Source: an uncultured Candidatus Saccharibacteria bacterium (lineage in GTDB: Bacteria > Patescibacteriota > Saccharimonadia > Saccharimonadales > CAYLGV01). Taken from it: a stretch of 64,000 bases of DNA. Positions 42,147 to 50,720 of the stretch are shown piece after piece. Every line of letters begins with the position of its first letter. Positions within the stretch are counted from its first letter, which is position 1. The notes under the pieces are model-generated. The model made no database searches. It was not told the DNA's origin and saw only the letters and a program-made list of their open reading frames with translations. Made by a program: the position numbers and the translations under genes. The stretch spans positions 16,256-80,255 of the forward strand of contig CAYMZG010000006.1 of the NCBI GenBank assembly GCA_964394925.1. Direction: 5' to 3'.

Positions 42147-43403
42147 ATGCGAAGATCACAATTATTTACCAAGACACGAAAAAACGTTCCCGCCGATGAG
42201 GTCTCTAAAAACGCTCAGCTCCTTATAAAAGCGGGCTATATTCATAAAGAAATGGCAGGAGTGTACGCCTATCTGCCGCTCGGTCTCACGGTTCTTGAAA
42301 ACATCAAGAATATTGTTCGGGAAGAAATGAACGCTGTTGGCGGCCAAGAGCTCATTATGACCTCGATTCAACGCAAGGAACTGTGGGAAAAAACCGATCG
42401 CTGGAGCGATGAGAATGTAGACGTTTGGTTTAAGTCAAAACTGGCTAACGGTAGTGATGTTGGCTTTGGCTGGTCGCACGAAGAGCCGATTACCGACATG
42501 ATGCGGACGTTCATTAGTAGTTATCGTGATATGCCTGCGTATGTGTACCAATTTCAAACCAAGCTACGAAATGAGTTACGCGCCAAAAGTGGGATTATGC
42601 GCGGTCGTGAATTCGTGATGAAAGACATGTATTCATACTCTGTGAGCGAAGAGGCACACCAGAAATTTTATGATCAGGTAATCGAAGCCTATCTGCGCAT
42701 TTTTGAGCGTGTTGGGCTGGGAGATGCAACGTTTCTTACGTTCGCGTCTGGCGGGGCCTTTACACAGTTCAGCCACGAGTTCCAGACCATTACGGATGCC
42801 GGTGAAGACATTGTGTATCTGAGCCGCAAAAAGAAACTGGCAATTAACGAAGAAGTGCTCACCGATGATGTATTGGCCGATCTCGGTCTTGAGCGCTCTG
42901 AGCTCGAAGAGGTTAAAACGGCTGAAGTGGGCAATATCTTCAGTTTCGGTGGTACCAAATCAGAACAACTGGGTCTACATTTTGTTGATGATGACGGCCA
43001 GACCAAGCCAGTGATACTTGGTTCGTACGGTATCGGCATAACTCGGCTGATGGGTGTCATTGTAGAGCGTTTTTCTGACGACAAGGGCCTGGTGTGGCCT
43101 GTTAACATAGCACCGTATAAGGTGTACTTGGCCACGGTTGGGAGCAGTGACAAAGTTACCGCTGCCGCCGACGATCTGTATGAATTATTACAGAAAAAAG
43201 GCATAACTGTTTTGTATGATGATCGTGATGCGCGACCAGGTGAAAAGTTCGCCGATGCAGAACTTTTAGGCATGCCGTATCGCGTGGTAGTGAGCGAAAA
43301 GACACTCGAGAACAGTAACTACGAGATAAAAAATCGTGCAGAAGACGAAACAAAGCTCTTGTCACAGGAGCAAATCATAGAAAAGTTGGCACAACTTTTG
43401 TGA
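42147..43403 (+). CDS. proS: Prolyl-tRNA synthetase, short form without the INS editing domain (418 aa)
   Basis: The N-terminus MRRSQLFTKTRKNVPADEVSKNAQLLIKAGYIHKEMAGVYAYLPLG is typical of bacterial ProRS. Class II core and a C-terminal anticodon-binding domain are present. Confidence 0.88.
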   Translation: MRRSQLFTKTRKNVPADEVSKNAQLLIKAGYIHKEMAGVYAYLPLGLTVLENIKNIVREEMNAVGGQELIMTSIQRKELWEKTDRWSDENVDVWFKSKLANGSDVGFGWSHEEPITDMMRTFISSYRDMPAYVYQFQTKLRNELRAKSGIMRGREFVMKDMYSYSVSEEAHQKFYDQVIEAYLRIFERVGLGDATFLTFASGGAFTQFSHEFQTITDAGEDIVYLSRKKKLAINEEVLTDDVLADLGLERSELEEVKTAEVGNIFSFGGTKSEQLGLHFVDDDGQTKPVILGSYGIGITRLMGVIVERFSDDKGLVWPVNIAPYKVYLATVGSSDKVTAAADDLYELLQKKGITVLYDDRDARPGEKFADAELLGMPYRVVVSEKTLENSNYEIKNRAEDETKLLSQEQIIEKLAQLL

Positions 43404-43462
43404 GTTGTTATAATCCATTGGACCAAGAGGGCATGGGACTAACGCAGATAAAGGACTGAACC

Positions 43463-43918
43463 ATGAAAAAAGCTTTTTTACTGACCAAAGAGGGTGTGGC
43501 TGAACTAGAAGCAGAGCGTGATGCGTTGATTGCCGAACGTGGTCCAATTGCTGAACGGATTAAAACTGCGCGTGAGTTTGGTGATCTCGCCGAAAACGCT
43601 GAGTATCAAACCGCTCGTCAAGAGCAAGAAAAGGTTGAAAATCGTATTTCTGAGCTTGAGCACATTTTGCAGAATGTGGAGATCATTACCAAGCCAAAGA
43701 CGGGCAGTGTAGTACAAATTGGCAGTAAGGTAACGCTTAAGAGCCAAGACACGCGAGAATTCCAAGTTGTTGGTACGGTTGAGGCCGATCCCCTAAACGG
43801 CAAGATCAGCGACGAATCACCAATCGGGCGAGCACTGCTTGGTAAAAAAGTCGGTGACGACGTGGAGATCGTTACACCAGTTGATACGACTACTTACAAA
43901 GTGGTCCAGATTTCATAG
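43463..43918 (+). CDS. greA: Transcription elongation factor GreA
   Basis: REFGDLAENAEYQTARQEQ coiled-coil tip plus the C-terminal globular domain, 151 aa in total. Confidence 0.93.
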   Translation: MKKAFLLTKEGVAELEAERDALIAERGPIAERIKTAREFGDLAENAEYQTARQEQEKVENRISELEHILQNVEIITKPKTGSVVQIGSKVTLKSQDTREFQVVGTVEADPLNGKISDESPIGRALLGKKVGDDVEIVTPVDTTTYKVVQIS

Positions 43919-43964
43919 TTTATCACTCGTGCCAAAAAGGCTGTAACAGATAGCAAAACTGGGG

Positions 43965-43970
43965 TATACT
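43965..43970 (+). promoter_or_regulatory. -10 box (TATACT) 9 nt upstream of lysS ATG; leaderless-type arrangement
   Basis: Sequence gggGTATACTagcccccatATG, with no SD. Confidence 0.45.
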
Positions 43971-43979
43971 AGCCCCCAT

Positions 43980-45494
43980 ATGGCTACACTAAAAGACTTT
44001 CGCGACGAGCGGATTAAAAAACTAGACGCGCTCAAAGAGCTTGGTATCAACCCGTATCCTGCCGAAGCACATCGAACGCACCAGATCGGTGATATTATTG
44101 CTGGCTTCAGTGATCTGGAAGGGCAAGAAGCAACCGTGGTTGGTCGTATTAAAAGTATTCGCAAGTTTGGCAAAATTGCCTTTGTGGTTATTCGTGATGC
44201 CAGCGGTGAAATCCAGCTGTTCCTAAAGCATGACACACTGGCGCCACTCGACGCCGCTAACAGTCAGCTTGGTTTTGATAACCTCGGACTCCTAGATCTT
44301 GGTGATTTTCTTGAAGCTCACGGCCCGATTATAAAAACGCAAACGGGCGAAATATCTATCGACACCCAAAGCATTCGCTTGCTCACAAAGAGCTTGCGGC
44401 CAATCCCAACTGACCACAATGGTTTTACGAACAAAGAAGAGCGCTTACGACGACGCTACATTGATACAACTGTAAATAAAGATGTGTATGACCGTTTCTT
44501 GCGCCGCAGTCGTTTCTGGCAGGCCACACGTAAGTATCTCGACGAGCATGGCTTTGTCGACATGAGCATACCAGTGCTTGAGCACACCACCGGTGGCGCC
44601 GATGCCAACCCATTTGTCACACACATGGATGCCCTCGACCAAGATTTCTTCCTCCGCATTAGCCAGGAATTACCGCTTAAGCGGCTAATTGGTGGCGGCT
44701 ACGAAAAAGTCTACGACATTGGTCCACGCTTTCGGAACGAGAACTACACTGATGAGCATTTGCCTGAGCACGTGGCCATGGAATGGTACGCAGCGTACTG
44801 GAACTGGCAAGATGGTATGCGCTTTATGACTGATATGTACCGCAGCATTATTGAACAAACATTTGGTACGTTGCAGTTCAAGATTGGCCAGTTCGATATT
44901 GATCTTGCCAAAGACTGGGAAGAGCTGGATTACTCACAGGCCATTAAAGATCGTTATGGTATTGATGTGTTTGGCTGCACACTCGAAGAAGTTAAAAAGG
45001 CTTTGGCCGACAATAAGCTCGAAGTAGAGAAGGCCGACAACAAAGCTCGTGGCATTGATAAGCTCTGGAAAAATATACGTAAAGATATAGCCGGCCCCGT
45101 TTGGTTAGTTAACACGCCGCTTTTTGTTAGCCCGCTGGCCAAAGTGAACCAGGCCAATCCACAAACCGTGCAGCGTTTTCAGCCGGTGATTGCGGGTACG
45201 GAACTTGGCAACGGCTACAGCGAGCTAAATGACCCTATTGATCAGCTCAATCGTTTTGTTGAACAACAAGCCATGCGTGACGCCGGTGATGACGAAGCCA
45301 TGATGCTCGACATTGACTACGTTGAAATGCTCGAATACGGTATGCCGCCAACCTGCGGTTGGGGCTTTAGTGAGCGCGTTTTTTGGGTGTTTGAAGGGGT
45401 AACAGCACGTGAAGGCGTACCGTTCCCACAGCTTCGCTCCGAAGTCGACGAAACTACCAAAGCCATTTACCCCAATCTCAAACTCGGTAAATAA
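43980..45494 (+). CDS. lysS: Lysyl-tRNA synthetase, class II
   Basis: N-terminal OB-fold (VVGRIKSIRKFGKIAFVVIRDASGEIQLF) and class II motifs (FRNENYTDEHLPEH, GWGFSERV). Confidence 0.93.
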   Translation: MATLKDFRDERIKKLDALKELGINPYPAEAHRTHQIGDIIAGFSDLEGQEATVVGRIKSIRKFGKIAFVVIRDASGEIQLFLKHDTLAPLDAANSQLGFDNLGLLDLGDFLEAHGPIIKTQTGEISIDTQSIRLLTKSLRPIPTDHNGFTNKEERLRRRYIDTTVNKDVYDRFLRRSRFWQATRKYLDEHGFVDMSIPVLEHTTGGADANPFVTHMDALDQDFFLRISQELPLKRLIGGGYEKVYDIGPRFRNENYTDEHLPEHVAMEWYAAYWNWQDGMRFMTDMYRSIIEQTFGTLQFKIGQFDIDLAKDWEELDYSQAIKDRYGIDVFGCTLEEVKKALADNKLEVEKADNKARGIDKLWKNIRKDIAGPVWLVNTPLFVSPLAKVNQANPQTVQRFQPVIAGTELGNGYSELNDPIDQLNRFVEQQAMRDAGDDEAMMLDIDYVEMLEYGMPPTCGWGFSERVFWVFEGVTAREGVPFPQLRSEVDETTKAIYPNLKLGK

Positions 45495-45533
45495 TACTTC
45501 AATTTGCATAGCGCTCAAGTTGCTGAAGTTTGT

Positions 45534-45539
45534 TAAAAT
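45534..45539 (+). promoter_or_regulatory. -10 box (TAAAAT) 6 nt upstream of ABC ATPase ATG; leaderless-type arrangement
   Basis: Sequence tgtTAAAATatacctATG. Confidence 0.4.
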
Positions 45540-45545
45540 ATACCT

Positions 45546-46322
45546 ATGATTGAGGTGAAAAATCTATCGAAGGTGTATGGCAAAAAAGAGAACACCTTTA
45601 CCGCACTTAAGGACATAAGTTTTAAGATTCCTGACGGCGCTACGGTGGCCATTATTGGCAAGAGTGGCTCGGGCAAATCAACCCTCATGCATGTTATGAG
45701 CGGCTTAGACCGCCCGAGCGACGGCGAAATAGTTATTAATGGGCGCGTGCTTAGTGAACTCAAGAAAAAAGCCATGGATCGCTTTCGGGCTAAGGAAATG
45801 AGTTTTATTTTTCAGTCGTTCTTCGTTGAGGCTAATCAGACATGTTACCAAAACGTGGCTTTGCCTCTTGAAATCTCGGAAGTGGCTTTTTCGCGCCGCC
45901 GCAGGCAAGTGACTGAGGCACTCGAAGCAGTTGATTTGGCCGACAAAATTAACAGCAAGGCCAAAGATCTAAGCGGTGGCCAAAAACAGCGCCTAGCGAT
46001 CGCACGCGCCATTGTAAACAAACCAAAACTTATCTTTGCCGACGAGCCAACCGGCAATCTCGACAGTAACACTGGTGATCTGATCATTAAGCTGTTATTT
46101 GGCCTTAACAAGAGTCTTGGAGCAACACTCTGTATTGTTACGCATGACCCCGAACTCGCCGCGCGTTGCCAGATCCAAATTAGTTTACGTGATGGTAAAA
46201 TTGTGAAGATTGTTGATACCGCGTCGGCTTCGACCAATAAGCCAAGCGCGTCGGTGAAGGCAAGCACTAAAGCAGCCGCTAAGAAAACCCCCACATCCAG
46301 CAAGCGAAAGGCAGCCGCATGA
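45546..46322 (+). CDS. ABC transporter ATP-binding protein (MacB/LolD-like) with Lys/Ala/Ser-rich C-terminal tail
   Basis: Walker A (GKSGSGKST), signature (LSGGQKQRLAIARA) and Walker B (LIFADEPTGNLD). The tail reads TNKPSASVKASTKAAAKKTPTSSKRKAAA. Confidence 0.92.
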   Translation: MIEVKNLSKVYGKKENTFTALKDISFKIPDGATVAIIGKSGSGKSTLMHVMSGLDRPSDGEIVINGRVLSELKKKAMDRFRAKEMSFIFQSFFVEANQTCYQNVALPLEISEVAFSRRRRQVTEALEAVDLADKINSKAKDLSGGQKQRLAIARAIVNKPKLIFADEPTGNLDSNTGDLIIKLLFGLNKSLGATLCIVTHDPELAARCQIQISLRDGKIVKIVDTASASTNKPSASVKASTKAAAKKTPTSSKRKAAA

Positions 46323-47680
46323 AAATTATAGACAGCATTCGTCGCAGTGGGCGCAATATTCGTTCTTCTAAAGCGCGTACTATTTTAACGGCGCTGGCCA
46401 TCGCCGTCGGCGCGTTTACACTTACCTTAACGCTCGCTGCCAGTAATGGTACACAAGCGTTTGTGAACAAAATTATTAAGGACAATTTTGATCCAGCCGA
46501 GCTGATTGTGGCCCGCGACGACGTATTCGCAAATAATGGGAATAGTAAACCACAAGAGTATGACCCTACTTTTGGTACGGCTCAAGGTGCAGCTGCTCAG
46601 ATCAAGCGTTTAACAGAGGACGACCTTACTAAGCTTAAGAACATGCAAGGTGTTGAATCGGTTCGCTTAGCTCAGCCAGTGAATTTGGCCTACATTACCA
46701 GGCCTGGCCAAAAGAAGTTTGTTGCCTCGGTTTCTCCGTTTTCGCCGGCTCAAAAACCAGAACTCGATGCCGGCGTAATTATCCGTCCATTCCCCGATAA
46801 AACAGTGCTACTAGCTGAAGCCTATGTTCCATTACTTGGTTTTACTAGTTCGCAAGACGCTGTTGGGAAAAACATTACTATAGCGGTTCGTAAGGGTCTC
46901 GACACGGCTGCCCTGCAAGACCTTATTCGTCAGGGACAGGGAACACCCAACGAGCAACAGCTCCAGTCGGTAGTAAACAACTCACTTTATAGTGAAGAGT
47001 TCAAAATATCGGGTGTGACCAAAAAGCCAACCACCTCGCAGCCTGGTACCGAATTAAATCTCTACGTAAGTGACACTGCCGCTGGTCGTTTGCTCGATAT
47101 TAGCACTCAGAACACGAGTGATTACCGTAAGTATCCATATGTATACGTACGAGTTAAGAATGGCTCCGACAAAGCCACGCTGTTGGCAGTACAAAATGAA
47201 CTCAAGAAGCAGGGCTTCACGGCACAGAGCGTAGAAGACACGCAGAAGTTCTTAACGAACATTCTAAAAGTATTACAGGGAATCGTGGTGGCGTTTGGTT
47301 TGATTGCCGTTATTGCCTCAATCTTTGGCGTAATTAACACCATGTACATTAGTGTGCTGCAACGCACGCGCGAAATTGGCCTCATGAAGGCGCTCGGCAT
47401 GCGCAAACGAGAAGTTGGTCGATTGTTTAGATTTGAGGCGGCCTGGATTGGTTTCATCGGTGGTTTACTCGGTTCGCTTATCGCTTTTGGCCTGGGTACC
47501 GCGCTTAACCCTTGGATCACTAAAAAACTTCAATTAGGCGATCAAAATCTACTGCAATTTAAGTTGCCACAGATCATTGTACTCATTTTGATTCTCATGC
47601 TCGTGGCACTTGTGGCAGGTCTGTTGCCGGCACGACGCGCAGCTAAGCTTGATCCAATCGAAGCCTTAAGAACCGAGTAA
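46319..47680 (+). CDS. ABC transporter permease, FtsX/MacB-type with large extracytoplasmic domain
   Basis: An ATGA overlap links it to the ATPase gene. The N-terminal TM helix is followed by a ~270-aa periplasmic-type domain and the C-terminal FtsX-like 3-TM bundle (REIGLMKALGMRKREV). Confidence 0.88.
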   Translation: MKIIDSIRRSGRNIRSSKARTILTALAIAVGAFTLTLTLAASNGTQAFVNKIIKDNFDPAELIVARDDVFANNGNSKPQEYDPTFGTAQGAAAQIKRLTEDDLTKLKNMQGVESVRLAQPVNLAYITRPGQKKFVASVSPFSPAQKPELDAGVIIRPFPDKTVLLAEAYVPLLGFTSSQDAVGKNITIAVRKGLDTAALQDLIRQGQGTPNEQQLQSVVNNSLYSEEFKISGVTKKPTTSQPGTELNLYVSDTAAGRLLDISTQNTSDYRKYPYVYVRVKNGSDKATLLAVQNELKKQGFTAQSVEDTQKFLTNILKVLQGIVVAFGLIAVIASIFGVINTMYISVLQRTREIGLMKALGMRKREVGRLFRFEAAWIGFIGGLLGSLIAFGLGTALNPWITKKLQLGDQNLLQFKLPQIIVLILILMLVALVAGLLPARRAAKLDPIEALRTE

Positions 47681-47737
47681 GTACGTGTATATGTAGTAGT
47701 ATATACCTCCTTGAGACGTAATAGAGACAAGGTGTGG

Positions 47738-47743
47738 TATAGT
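47738..47743 (+). promoter_or_regulatory. Extended -10 (TGgTATAGT) 7 nt upstream of ATG 47751; leaderless-type arrangement
   Basis: Sequence gtGTGGTATAGTgtgacccATG. Confidence 0.5.
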
Positions 47744-47750
47744 GTGACCC

Positions 47751-48713
47751 ATGGCTACAACTAAGAAATCCTCCAAGGCAACATCAAAGACTGCAAAAAA
47801 ACCAACTGCTAAGAAAACAACAAGCGCAGCTAAAACAACTAAGGCTACCACGAGCAAAAAGGCGACCACAGCCAAGAAGCCAGTAGCAAAAACTGCTGCA
47901 GCAGAAAAGACTAGTACCGCTAAGAATGCTAAAGCTAATGTTTCTAAAAAAAGCACCAAAAAACCAGCTGACCGTAAAACGGTTCTACGACGCTTAAACC
48001 TGACAAGTGCGCTATTCGGTTTGCTTGGCGCTGTTGCAGCCGGCTTACTCATGAACACCACGAGCTACCAATTCTTAACTGGTCTGCTGACCACTAACCC
48101 ACTGACTGGGGGATTAGCTCCAGCAGTACATGCGGTGTGGGATGTTGAACTACGCTGGATTGTAGTAGGAATATTAGTGCTCTCGAGCCTCGTACCGCTG
48201 CTAGCCGCAACTCGTGCACGCAAGAAGTACGAAGCTGCTTTAGATAGTAAAGTTATGAAGTGGCGTTGGATTGATACGGCAGTTATTGGCAGTTTAATTG
48301 TGGCAACTATCGCGCTTCTGAGCGGCGTGCAAGACATCATGACACTCGTTCTTATTGGTGGTTTTGTTTGGCTCTCAGCGGCTCTTGGTTTAATGGCCGA
48401 AAAGCAAAATGCTGGTGCTACACGTTCGTACCGCGGGGCCTTTACCATTGGCATGTTTGCCAATGCGTTGCCATGGCTTCTCATTTTGGTTTACGCACTA
48501 GGTACATCAATCTGGGGAATGACGCATAATAGCTGGGCGGTCTACGGCATCTACATTACAACACTGCTATGTGGTTTTGGTATGGTCTCAGCGCAACGCG
48601 CTTACATTGATCGCAAGAACGACTACGATGTAAGCGAGCAACGCTACCTTGTATACGGCATACTTTCAAAAGTTACCTTCGTGCTGCTGTTGGTTCTTGG
48701 TTTCAAGAAGTAA
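47751..48713 (+). CDS. Probable heliorhodopsin-family 7-TM protein with ~75-aa Lys/Thr/Ala-rich N-terminal extension
   Basis: The core, from about residue 78, aligns motif by motif with heliorhodopsin 48C12 as I recall that sequence. The matched pairs are LRRLN.....F.LL/LQNFN.....F.LL, KKY...RWIDT/KRY...RWVEY, GVQDI/GIADI, LMAEK/WLQEK, ALPWLLILVY/IVPWIGLLIY and YGIY/YGII. A Lys in the last helix (GILSKVTF) sits at the Schiff-base position (LVAKSAL). No HMM search was run. Confidence 0.6.
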   Translation: MATTKKSSKATSKTAKKPTAKKTTSAAKTTKATTSKKATTAKKPVAKTAAAEKTSTAKNAKANVSKKSTKKPADRKTVLRRLNLTSALFGLLGAVAAGLLMNTTSYQFLTGLLTTNPLTGGLAPAVHAVWDVELRWIVVGILVLSSLVPLLAATRARKKYEAALDSKVMKWRWIDTAVIGSLIVATIALLSGVQDIMTLVLIGGFVWLSAALGLMAEKQNAGATRSYRGAFTIGMFANALPWLLILVYALGTSIWGMTHNSWAVYGIYITTLLCGFGMVSAQRAYIDRKNDYDVSEQRYLVYGILSKVTFVLLLVLGFKK

Positions 48714-49988
48714 ATGGCCACCGAACACGTAAAGATTGAAAAACTCGTTCACGGCGGGCAGGCGCTTGGTGTGCTTGGCGATGGTCGGAAAGTATTAGCC
48801 TGGAACGCACTACCGGGTGAAAGGGTCACTGTTGAGCTGCGTAAAAGCAAGCACTCGTTTGCCGAAGGCATCGCAACCGACATCATTGAAGCTTCAACAG
48901 AGCGACAAGCGCCACGCGACGAAGCATATTTGAGCACCAGTCCGTGGCAAATGATGACGTTCGAGGCTGAACAAGCTGCCAAAGCATCAATTTTACTCGA
49001 AACGTTTCAGCGTGAGGGCGTGAACCTGACGGCCGACATTGCAGATAAACTTGAATGCATCACAGACAAAAACCAGTGGCATTACCGCAATAAGATGGAG
49101 TATAGCTTTTGGGGCGACGACGATGGGTTGCATCTAGCGCTATTTCACCGAGCTAGTCATGGTAAGCGAATTATTACAGGTAGTAGTATTGCGCGCCCCG
49201 AGATTGACACAGCTGCCAATGCTATTTGTACTGCGCTGAACACGGCCAACATTCGAGGCAGTCAGCTTAAAACCGTCGTGCTTCGTTGTAATATGGCAGG
49301 TGACACGGTGGCAGCATTATATGTAAAAGATGAAGCATTTCCTGATTTAGCTGTTTTACATGATTTGGTGACGGGCAACCTGAAGGGCATTGTGGTATTT
49401 TTCTCAAACCCCAAGAGTCCAGCAAGTGTATATACCAAAACGCTACATGAGTACGGCAGCGCCACACTGAGTGAACAAATTCTCGGCAAGAAGATTACCT
49501 ATGATGTGCGTTCGTTCTTCCAGGTGAATATACCTATTTTTGAACGTGCTTTGAAAGAAATTAAAGCCCACATAACCGAACGACCCGTTACTGATTTTTA
49601 CTGCGGAGTCGGGACAATTGGCATTCCGCTACAGGCAGAAGCGTTTGTAGAAAGTGACTCGGCAAACGTAGCAAAACTACGTGAAAATCTTGGTCAAAAC
49701 GAGAAAAGAATCATCGAGGCGACTGCCGAAGAAGCACTGGAACATTTGCCCACCGAAGGCACACTTATCGTTGATCCGCCGCGGGCAGGGCTGCACGCCA
49801 AAGTTGCTGAAAAACTTCATGAAGTACAGCCGGCAAGCATTGTATATCTCAGTTGTAATCCAATTACGCAAGCTCGTGATATTGCGCGTTTGCAAGATGT
49901 ATACGAACTTGCGTCGCTGCGGGCATACAACTTTTTCCCGCGAACGCCCCATACAGAGAGCTTGGCCGTGTTGCGCCGCCGCTCGTAG
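48714..49988 (+). CDS. RNA (uracil-5-)-methyltransferase, RlmD/RumA/TrmA family
   Basis: TRAM-like N-terminus, SAM fold, DPPRAGL, and the catalytic-Cys motif VYLSCNPITQARD. Confidence 0.85.
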   Translation: MATEHVKIEKLVHGGQALGVLGDGRKVLAWNALPGERVTVELRKSKHSFAEGIATDIIEASTERQAPRDEAYLSTSPWQMMTFEAEQAAKASILLETFQREGVNLTADIADKLECITDKNQWHYRNKMEYSFWGDDDGLHLALFHRASHGKRIITGSSIARPEIDTAANAICTALNTANIRGSQLKTVVLRCNMAGDTVAALYVKDEAFPDLAVLHDLVTGNLKGIVVFFSNPKSPASVYTKTLHEYGSATLSEQILGKKITYDVRSFFQVNIPIFERALKEIKAHITERPVTDFYCGVGTIGIPLQAEAFVESDSANVAKLRENLGQNEKRIIEATAEEALEHLPTEGTLIVDPPRAGLHAKVAEKLHEVQPASIVYLSCNPITQARDIARLQDVYELASLRAYNFFPRTPHTESLAVLRRRS

Positions 49989-50019
49989 TGCCGTAGTATG
50001 ACGACAGGAAACAATAAAC

Positions 50020-50706
50020 ATGAAACTTCACCGATTTTATCTCCCAGAGACTGACCTCAAACATGATCTATGGATTCACGATCAGCGGCTGATCCACCAG
50101 TGGCGCAATGTTCTGCGCTTTAAGCCGGGCCAACAGGTTATTTTATTCGACGGCAAAGACGACGACCGTCTGTATCGACTCGAAGAGCTAACCAGCGATG
50201 AAGCGCATGTGCTTTATATAACTGATCGCGAGCGAGTACTGCCCCAAAAAGACATCTACCTGTTGTGGTCACTTCTTAAAAAAGACAAAAACGACTGGGT
50301 ACTGCAGAAGGGGACTGAGCTGGGCGTGAGCCATTTTTTGCCGTTGCTCGCTGATAGGAGTGAAAAGACCGGTTTTAACATTGAACGAGCCGAAAAAATC
50401 ATCATCGAAGCTGCCGAACAATGTGGCCGCAGCGACATTCCAACGGTACGTGAACCGATGCATGTTCAAACAGCTATTGAAGAACTCAAAGACAAGGTAG
50501 CGCTGTATATATGTGAGCAGGGTGGCGCAGATCAACCAGCAGAAGCCGATCGAGTAGGGGTCTTAATTGGGCCAGAGGGTGGTTGGTCGGATAGTGAGAA
50601 GGAATTGTTCAAGACTTGTAATATGTCCGCGATTCATCTCCACGACTTCACGCTGCGCGCCGAGACGGCATGCCTGCAGGCAATCTCCTATATAAGTAAC
50701 ATGTAA
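50020..50706 (+). CDS. rsmE: 16S rRNA (uracil1498-N3)-methyltransferase RsmE
   Basis: MKLHRFYLP at the N-terminus, with GVLIGPEGGWSDSE. At 228 aa the size is right for RsmE. Confidence 0.88.
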   Translation: MKLHRFYLPETDLKHDLWIHDQRLIHQWRNVLRFKPGQQVILFDGKDDDRLYRLEELTSDEAHVLYITDRERVLPQKDIYLLWSLLKKDKNDWVLQKGTELGVSHFLPLLADRSEKTGFNIERAEKIIIEAAEQCGRSDIPTVREPMHVQTAIEELKDKVALYICEQGGADQPAEADRVGVLIGPEGGWSDSEKELFKTCNMSAIHLHDFTLRAETACLQAISYISNM

Positions 50707-50720
50707 TAGTACGAGCAAAC

